DNA from: Botryllus schlosseri
Taxonomy: Eukaryota
Direction of reading: 5' to 3'
DNA length: 64,000 nt
Assembly (NCBI GenBank): GCA_051294905.1
Contig: CM119381.1
Span: 24,986,001 to 25,050,000, forward strand
Both the position numbers and the translations under genes were made by a program. Within the stretch, counting starts at the first letter, position 1. The number at the start of each line of letters is the position of its first letter. The notes beneath the pieces were generated by a model. It saw only the letters and a program-made list of their open reading frames with translations. It searched no databases and was not told the origin of the DNA. This document shows positions 1-10,100 of this stretch, in pieces.

Positions 1-680
1 AATAAAAATGTTAAGGAGTGATTTAAAAACATGCTATAAACTATTCCTGGTATGGTTCTATTCCCATTTATTTGCATAACAAAAAGGTAGCCTGTAGGAT
101 GGGTTAGCTGCATCTCACTGTTATCTATGACACAATGGCTTGCAAGCAGGAAATTCAACTACCCCTGCCTAGCGCGACCGTGTCCGAACAATATCTAAAT
201 AGATCGCTGTAATAATTTTGTTCCCATTTCACGAACGCTCAGGCGAGACCGCCGAAAATTACATTTTCACTAAGTCTCCTTATATTTTGTTAAAGTCGCC
301 AAGAGTGAGTGTTTCTACAACGCCCTGGGTCAAGTTTGCAGACCTGGAGGGTTTGTGGTGTGTTATTTGAATTGTTTTAGGGGGAGGGGTTATCGTTATG
401 TGCTAGTTGGCTTTTCGGGGTAAAATTGTACCCGCATTGCGTAATTTTATTCATACTGTGTCTCGCCAGAATCTTTGGCGGCCTTGCCAGAATGTGCGTG
501 AAATAGAAAAGTAACAAATTTGACTGCTCTATAGGAACTAGAGGTTATACATCGGAACATTTCGAATATCTCACACTCTACTAATTCAACAAAAATTATA
601 AATGCAACTTTTTACAGCAACTTTTGTCAAAATTAAGTGCAACTTTGTCGCGATTTTAGTGCCACAAAAACTTGACCTGG

Positions 681-714
681 TAATAATAATAATAACTACA
701 ACAGCAACAACAAC
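681..714 (+). repeat. (TAA)n/(CAA)n microsatellite
   Basis: taataataataataactacaacagcaacaacaac. Confidence 0.8.
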
Positions 715-759
715 TGAAATGAAATAAATCTATAATATTTTAGTACATTTACAGAAATA

Positions 760-873
760 TTGGAGTCGGAGTTATGTGAAGAAAATATTAGGAGTCGGAG
801 TCAGAGTAGGAGTTAGGTATATTGGTATATCTCTGAAGTCGATGGGAAAGTGAAGCGACCGCACTACCCTAGT
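760..873. repeat. MITE relic with GGAGTC/GGAGTT subterminal repeats
   Basis: ggagtcggag repeated, ending ...gcactacccta; partner end not identified. Confidence 0.4.
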
Positions 874-995
874 TATAACAAACGTTGGCGTATGGCGAGA
901 GTCTATCAAGCGCTATCAGCGGTATAACTATAGCCGCTTTAACAAAAGCAATATCAGTGGAATTGGTAATAGAATCAACTCTCCCTGGTACGCAC

Positions 996-1102
996 CGTCA
1001 CAAAATTCGGACAGTCTGATCCTTGTCCTGTTATCGAAACAGGTAAAGAATTCGTCACTGTCCGCACAATATCGTTCATCTGACGCATCGGAGCAATCGA
1101 TC
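996..1102 (-). CDS. Gene A exon (IDCSDASDERYCADSDEFFTCFDNRTRIRLSEFCD)
   Basis: ttggtag|G...GACG|gtgcgt; 107 nt, same length and phase as gene B exon 29871-29977. The ORF track shows a different frame here. Confidence 0.85.
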
Positions 1103-4100
1103 CTACCAAACAGTCATGCGTCAAAGGACAATCCGCAAAATGAATGGAAGTCGCAGAAAGACAGATAATTTGCTTTGGGCACAAATACTAGCGAAACTGA
1201 TATTTTCAAGATGATCGCGAATTGTGAAAATAGCATTGATAGATTTATAGAGAGGTCCCATATCTTCGGTGAATACATAGGCTATTATGGTAAGTTACAA
1301 TGAGCTAGTACATAGTTGTGCGTTCGCCTCTAGTATTTCCTGTGGCTACAACAGCTAGGTACTATTCATAATTCTAAATAGTCTCAGTAACAACACTTGC
1401 TATTATGCGTTTTCTCGGTTACGTCATTTTAGTGCTACGTGAAATCACAGCCAATAGTATAGATTCGGAGCCTTCAGATCTAATGCAAATGTAGGTTACG
1501 CATATTCTAATTATTTCTGTCTTGTCGTAGAAGTTGGGGAAACCCTTCAATTAATTTATGAGGTCAATAATCCGATTTCGTATTCATTTCCCTTGACCCG
1601 GAGGAAAGTGCCTTGATTTGTATCAACTCGTTGATTGCGTCGCAGTTGACTCCCGGACCATACTTTGGACACCCTGCTCTGTAATCATTTACTTGTAATC
1701 GCATATGTATGAACTAGGTAGGCAAACTTTTGTGTCCGACGATGTCTCGGGTAAGTTGCACATGATCTGTCCCGGGCATTCACAGTCGACTCCTGGAAAT
1801 AAAGTAGCAAAGTCATAAAATCATGAAAATTATGATAGGAGTTCACAGATTATTTGGCACTCTATGGCGGCATCGGAAACTGAGAGTGCATTGCAGTAAA
1901 CCTGTCTACCGTGTTTTGCCATAATGAGTGCCGTCAAGTCCATTGCGTATTTCAGAAACTCGATCATTCACAAGCCATAAGTCAGTGGCTCCTTAACCGG
2001 TTTAGCCGAGATCCAAAATCTTGTCAGTTGAAAATGTCGCATCACAATATGATGACGTCATAATCACAGACAAACGTCGAAGCTTCCTTGCTGTTAACGA
2101 TAAGCCTACTGCTTTAGTTAACGGTGGAATATAGTGCAGATATCGATACTAAGAATACATAAGATCTGAAAACATTAAACCCACTGGAGGTGAAATATTA
2201 AATTATATACGCGCTTGGTGATCATAACAATGTCCTTCTCTTCAAAATTTGGCAAGAATCAACAGAGCACCGGCAAGTCACGAAACTGAATGGCAAAAAT
2301 GTTTGACTTCATCATCTCTCATATATCAATTGCACTCCAGCGGCAATATGGACAGACAACTGAAACTCGGATCTAGCCTTCAAGACAAAAATGAAGCTGG
2401 TTCTAGCGAATAAACACTGTAGCCTGTATCTTAATGTCTTGTTGTCAAATAGATTTGGCGTAATTATCTCGCCCAAAAAAACCATACCGATTACCGATGC
2501 TCGTTACAACCACACGACATTCGACCTCGCAGAGAATTTCGCATGAGCTTGCTTTTTAGCAACACTGCACAGTTATGAACTGAGTGTTCATTTGAAATGT
2601 ATTATAGGTCCTTATCGAACGTTTGAATAGAAAAATAGTCCAATATTTAATGCATAATATGTATAATATGTATAATATATCATATAATGGAATAAGGTGT
2701 CTCGATCTGGAAATATATTGAGCATTATTGGAAATCGCTCACCATCACATACGGAGTCGCATATTGTAAGCCTTGTATAGCCCTTCTTCGCAGTGCAAAG
2801 GCACTCATCAGACAGATCGGCACAGTGAATTGTACCATCACATAATTGCTTTTGGGGAATAATCAGCGATCCGTCTAGGCACCGAAAGCACTTTGAATTT
2901 GAGAACGCTGGGAGACGATAATGTTTGTTTTTAAAAACTATACTGCTCTGCAACTGAAATTGTTTTGCTCACAGTTGGTGATGTATTGTCCTTCGCGGCC
3001 TTGTGCATTGAAATCACAAAAACACTCGTCCACGCCGTTGTCGCAGTTCGAAACCCCATCGCACACATGATGGTCCGGTAAGACACAATTGCGTGATTCG
3101 TGTTGTTGAGTGACGGGGCATTGGAAACCGATCGGCATTGATCTGAACGATTTCATACCGGCATATGAAATGATAATGGAGCAGGTGACAATATCAATAT
3201 AGGAAAGTGAATTCGAACGTGAATACAGATCTTTTCGAGTTGTATCCGAGGAATTCAGATAAAATGCATGAGGATTGTGGATAAGCTTACTCATGAACTA
3301 CCACCACCCCTTCTAACGAAAATATTGTATTTTACCATATTGTACGGTCAAGATCAAGTAAAAGTGCTTCCGGTGCGCATTTTGGCATGCATATCCAATT
3401 CAATGAGTGAAAACGAGTCAAATACCCCGATGTTATGGATATATATATATCCCAGGGGTGGTGTTCAATGTTCATGGGCTGTGTTTTCGTATACCACTCC
3501 AAAGAAGGCGCACAGCGGTGGTAGGCCTATACATAAACATTATCCACTGCAATTATGGGATGTATCTCCATAAGAATGGGTGTATTTGACACATCTTCAC
3601 GCACTGGAATGGGATTGAAATGAAAATTTGCTACCAGAAAGTGCTGGTGGACAGATTTGCATCATGCTGGAAATCTAGTAAATACGCCTATTTCCTACCC
3701 ACTGTACGTCTATATTCAAGCATTTATATCATCTCTACTTGCAGTATACTTGGATGATTTTTATTTAGTCTAAATTTAACTTCCACTCCCACTTGAACAG
3801 TTTTCACAGCTAAATTTGAATTTCAAATGGTGTAAATATGGATAAAGGAGTAAAAGCTGGATCGTTTTACGAAAACAATCGTCCAAAACGCCTCGCAGGT
3901 GGCATATAGTCTTGGTCTAGCTATGATCACAATCGAGTGGATAATAATGTCTTGTAACCATGCGATGCATATCTAAATGTCTGGAAATTTGAACCTGTTG
4001 TATAGGATTTCGTCCGATCCGTCTGGACAGTGTTCTTGGGAGTCGCAGAACGACGCCTTCACGGCACAAGACCCATCTAAACACTTAAAAGTGTGTCCAC

Positions 4101-7100
4101 AGTCGCATTCGTCAAGTCCTGTAAGAAAGTTCACCAGATTATTTAAGAATGAGTATTTCAGCTTTTGTTAGTATCTTCATTGAGACATCGAGCGAACTAT
4201 AACAACGTATACAGACTGTTATGGCCTATAAGGTTATACAAGACCGATGTCACGCATCCGGGTTAAGTGCGCACAAATGCATACATCGTATACTTGTGTG
4301 GTTTGACAGCCATTGTTAGTTGAGGGTCCCGTTTTGAGTACTTTTATGATTAGTCATAAATCGGCCAGGACAGGTTCAGCTGCGAGCCTGACGGTCTACA
4401 GTTTAGTGAGGCAGACCGCGCAGCCGTAAGTCAAAGAATTTTCAGCGAATGAAGCATATCTCTATTAAAACAATACGGAGACTATACGGCGGAGCGTGCA
4501 CGTGAATGGGGATTTGTCTCTATAATGACAAGAATCAGCACTGACTTCCGATAATTCAGCATAGACTAACGCAGTGGTTATCGGTCATTGGTACTTCGCG
4601 TATACCGGCAAAACTTGAAAAAATATATTGCGGACCGATGAACCTTCAAAAATCAACATCAACCCTAAATTTAATCTACGGTTACCATACGTCCTCTTTT
4701 GAGAGGATATGCCCTCTTTTTAGACTTTTTTGAAAGTATCCTCGGAGGACGCCAAATGTCCTCTTTTTTGAGATTTTGTCCACGTTTTTGAGAATATTGG
4801 TTAAAATAGAGTAAAATTCGAGTGAGACACAGTAAATCAGCACTGAAGTAACGCTTCGTCAGCTAATTCGGAAGCTGAATCGGAAAGTTGACCTATTTTT
4901 TAGTCAACCAACCACAAAGTCGGTGCAAATTTACCGTTTTTTCCGTATTTTACTCCAGAAGTGTAAGTCGGAAAATTTTGAAAAAGTGTCCTCTTTGCAC
5001 ATTTCCACAATATGGTAACCCTAAATTTAATCACGATAAATCTATGCAAGTCGAATGGATAAATTAATATTAAAAACTTCATTTAATGCTGCCTCTTTGA
5101 TATTGTAGTAGTATTGACGTTTCTGCGAGGCGAAGCTATCGAATTCCTGTTAGAGACCACTAACTTGATTGTAATTGCTTGGTATCCTTTGAAAGAAATT
5201 AGAATTGGCAGTTTGCTTTATATCAGGGGTTCCTATGGGTCGCGAATGGTGTAATTTAGGGTCGCGACACCATCAGAGAGATCTTTTAATATGTATCTAA
5301 TATTTGTTGAATTCCTCGCAACAACAAAAATTCCTTCACGCTTCGCGAGATTTCTGTAGGTAGTTTGTGCGTTTACGAGGATACTGTCTTGGATACTATA
5401 TATAGCCAATAGCAGGACACGTAAAAAGTCATTACTACAACATGGCTTGATCATAAAATATGCCGTTCTTTGGGTTACACAAATTGGTTTGAATTCACGA
5501 CAAGATTTATCCGACATGTGGTCGCTCACCATTAGGATGCTTTAGTCAGTTTAGTGTAGGGGTGTGCAACGATTGGGAGTGGAACTATGAGCCACAGGCC
5601 TTGCGAGGCCAATAAGTAGGCTATGTTTTCACGAAAGTATCAGTGAATATTATTTAGGTACCGGATTGCTTGATTCCGCTCACACCGCATTGTCGCTCAT
5701 ATCAAATATTTCATCGCATTAAATATGGCCCACCATAACATTTGAAACTACCATTTCGCAATCAAGCAATTACCTATCATATCGTAATCTAGCAGCCCAT
5801 GACCTGTCCTGCTAATCTGGAAAATCCGGCTTTTCTTAACGTTACACCTGTTTTAGCAAATCACCTTTGAAGCTTTATGGACGAAAGATATGAAATATAT
5901 TTTCCGCTTTTTAGAAGCGGTATTAATATTGCACTTTCAATTCCGAGTATCATACTATATGAGTTGTAATTACTTTCAGTTATCTGCAGAACATTCATGT
6001 TGAAGCATAAAAGCAAGTGTAGTAATTAGAGCCCGACCGATATGGGATTTCTGAGCCGATACCGATAAGACCGATATCCAGTACCTCCACCGATAACACC
6101 GATATATTCAGCCGATATTCAAAAGATATGGAATCTAGCTAAGGTCCATATTTAACACATCAGAGTATTTCTTTCAACAACTTTATACCGCCATTGATAT
6201 GATTGAACATGAAATAAATGATCCAGGAACTATAAAAATATATCAAAAGCACCAATCCAGCAATTGCAGATTACAGTTCACGAAGCACAAATTCTCGGAG
6301 TAAACTTCTGTGGTCTTCCATAGATGATGTATATAGTACTAAACACATTGAGCAGTCTTTCACTTGGTACCATAGTTAGTGGCACAGCAAGAATTGGAAA
6401 TCTTTCTTCATTTCGGTTCCACCGCTCCATTGCAGGGGATCTTTCCTTCAATGGTTTCACCATATATTGATATTATTATTGATATTCTTCAGGCAATGCA
6501 CCTGGAGCCTTCAGCAAATCATTAACAAATAGCTGAAGAGAATGTGCAAAACAACTCAAATTGTCCACGTCTGCAACTGCTCCACCCATTCCCCTTGGGC
6601 CTTGACCATGACCAGCATTTCAACAATCAACATTTTACGCTCTTTTGTCAGAATTGGCCAATGTCATCATGGAATCAAAATTTTTGGTATCAATTATTGG
6701 CTTTACTCCACGTTTGCTTGATTTTCTTGCCCTTTATGCTTGCATATTTCCTATCATGGTGGCCCCGCAGGCCTCAGTCAGACGACTTCATACATTACTG
6801 GAATAATTAGCTCTGTCTGTACCGAGCCGTGATATGTTTCGACGCGACGCTTTTCTCTATCATTACGAGGGTCAGTCCAGCATGATTGAAGTTCTCATTT
6901 CTCTTACTGATTGAAATCTTCTGCAGACAACTATCCATCCAGCTGCTCTCCGTCGTTGGTGATCGATTACTGCAGGGGGACTCCCACGAAGTCAGTGGGG
7001 CATAACGGTGGTTAGTTATCTATAATATTTTTCAGATAGGCGCGCCTACTGCCCTGTATGCAGTATGCACTATATGCAGCTTGGCGATTTATTTTTATAA

Positions 7101-10100
7101 TTTACCGCCCTCACGTCTTCTATTGACTTCTCTGACTCCCTGCCACCATGTTGTGACGTCACGAAAATGGCTGATATTTTTTTACCTTCAATGGCCGATA
7201 CCGATATTTCTCTCCGAGCGTGATATCGACTCGATATTATAGGCGAGCCGATAATCGGTCGGGCTCTAGTAGTAATGCCTCTATTTTCCGAAAATAAAGC
7301 TACATCAAATATAAATTTTACGAGCCACAATATTTGTTATTAAGGTATATTATAATCGCGCAATGTGTTGAAACCGTATCCAATACAACTTCTCCGTATT
7401 GCTCTTCGTCTATAAATTAGGGGCCCTATAATATGGGGTAGGGCGCAATGCCAAGATATTCTCTAAAACGGGGTCTTCTACTAAACAAAGGGTTAGTATC
7501 GCATTTTCATATCAATACTATAATTTGCATCCCATGATGCGAAAGAATGCTTATTCTGTCAAAAAATGATACCTCCTGGGATGGATCAATACGAATCAAG
7601 CTCTCTGCACCTTCCACATAGCTCAATTTGCAGCTTTTGACAGTCCATGCGAACGAATTAAGACTGTTTTCAAAACTACTTATGTTATGTTCTTGATCTT
7701 GTTTGAACAATAACTCATACGACGAGGTAGCAGTGATCAGTATATTATACAGCAGAATAGCTCCAAGGCAGCGACACGATCCAGAGTAGAGGTAAACGAA
7801 AAGACTACGAGACAACAGAACACAGGGTATAAATACAAGCACGACACACGGGGAAATAATGATTGGCTGTAATTACTAATCCTAGACAAATAAGAGATAA
7901 ACGATACCAACGTAAAATGCACGAACATAACAACTTACTTACTTAAGTAGATTTAAAGTAAGTCAATTCCACTTCTACTTCAAGTAGTTTTAGGTGGCCT
8001 ATGGAAGAAGTACTTCTATCCGTACTTGAGTAGCTTTCTTGACTACTTTGATCACCTCGGCATACACATGACCGTAAAAATGTAGCATAGCGATATTACA
8101 ATGCAAAGAATGCATACGTATTTATGCATGGGGCTTGGGTCGCGGACAATAAAATTTAGGAGCTGCTGCTCTATATACTGCCATGCGTCGCTTATAGGGT
8201 TGCATTTAAAACATACGGTGTTTTAAAACACTTTGTTTAAAACATGTTTTAAACCAGGGGTCGCCAACTCAAAACGGGTCGCGGGCCACTTTTCAAATTT
8301 CGTAGAGGCCGCGGGCCGCATGAATTCGATATCGATGTAAAATAGGCAACCACGTTCTAATACTCTACGTCAGTACAACGGTGAGCTATCTAACATAGGC
8401 GATGGGCATATTTGACCACAAAAGAAATAATATTTCAATAAAGGAATACAAATACAACAAAAAATCATTATCACCAATTATATCTTATTTTGAACTGTGA
8501 GCTGCGCACGGTACCTGGAAACGCTTTTCAGCGACTAAGGAATCGATATCGGGACTAGCGAGATACGTTACTAACTTAAAGACCATCTCCACGTAAAGCA
8601 TGATCTTGTGGGGAAGCCGTAAGTCGGTGGTTCTCAAACTTTTTTAGACACCCTCCCCTTTATGATACTGAAAAATCGTCATATCACAAAATGCAACCAG
8701 AATGCTAGAAATCCCAACAGCTAGTTTGATGGCATGGGTGGTTATGGCTGTTGATATGAATTCCGGACTATACACATAGCACTAACTATGAAATAGAGGT
8801 AAATCGCGCCGAGCGCGAAAATTTTTTCATTTTAGCGCATCTCCACCTCCCCTTCAGATGCTTTCGCGCCCCCACAAGGGGCGCGCGCTCCCCAGTTTGG
8901 GAACCACTGCCCTAAGCCGTTTTCTATGCGTCTCGGTCTTGGCAGTGTTTGGGCCATTGCAAGGCAAGACAATATGCCCATTGCCCATTCATATCAGCTG
9001 ATTCTCCCTCGATGGAATGCTGTTGCCATCACCACAGCCGTTTTAGCTATAATGACGTATAGTGATGTTGGGCACAAGAGAATAGCTTATTTTGAAACAA
9101 CAACAACATGTTGAAACTAAAGTTAATTTCAGCATTTCAGATTGGTTTTCCTAGCTTTCTTCCTAAATCTCAAATCAGATCGCGGGCCGCAGAATATGAC
9201 TTGGCGGGCCGCGTGTTGGTGACCCCTGTTTTAAACAGTGTCTTAAGGCCTTTAAAAAAATTGTGTTTTTTTAGTTGTAAAATTATGCCATAATTGTGTA
9301 AATACTTTCCAAAAGACATGTTGCATGAGCCTACGGTAAGGTTACCATATCTCTGTGACCCAAATTCCGGACACTCTTTGGCGCCCACTATAGTGGATTT
9401 CAAAATGAGTTATGAGCACATTGTCTGCCAATATGACGTCACACTACAAAAGCTTTGCTTATTGACCAGAGGAGGTCACGAACCAGGTTCAGGAGTATGT
9501 GGCTGTGTGTTGTGTAACCGGGACCGAAACTACATTTTTTTCAGCCCCCTTCCGCCCAAATATACAATGATTTTGAGCCCACCATCGGGTAATCGATGCA
9601 ACTTCAGGGGGCTTGCTATAAGCATCTGGTCGTTAGATTTTTTGAATGAATTCTGTCAATTATATATTGGTTCTTCCATATTACTAAATAGTTTGAACCT
9701 CTCTCCGCCACATGATCAGAGTTAGCGATAGAGCTGGAGGATAATGACTTCGAAAATACGGGGAGTGAAATTGTACATCATTAAGTCATGTTCATTTCAC
9801 ACCGATAATATTGTTTATCAGCCCTATGCCAGTGCGCACCACGGAGCTTAATAAAACCCCACATCCATTGGTTTCCCCAAATTTTTGACGAGTCTGCGCA
9901 CACTCACCAACTCACTGCGCGGTCCCTTGAACCACAGAGCGTTACTACTAGAAAAAAAGGTTATCACTTCGTGTCAGCACTGCGCAATTGCTCACGTGCG
10001 CAGCTTACAGGGAACATTACCGCGGCCCAGATCAAAATTTGACGCGCTGATTACTGAAAGAAGTCTGCACCTTGGCCCAGACTTAGTCACGGGCTATTTT

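Noticed and set aside
3268-3589. Plus-strand ORFs of 101 and 60 aa
   Set aside because: Antisense within a gene A intron, no motif, no splice support.
5233-5532. Minus ORF with a signal-peptide-like stretch as the first exon of gene A
   Set aside because: Confident gene A exons lie further upstream (11940, 12698), so it is intronic; no suitable splice sites, and its end overlaps a MITE-like gggtcgcga relic.
9294-9725. 143-aa ORF
   Set aside because: Crosses the H/E element junction; the second E copy does not keep the frame.
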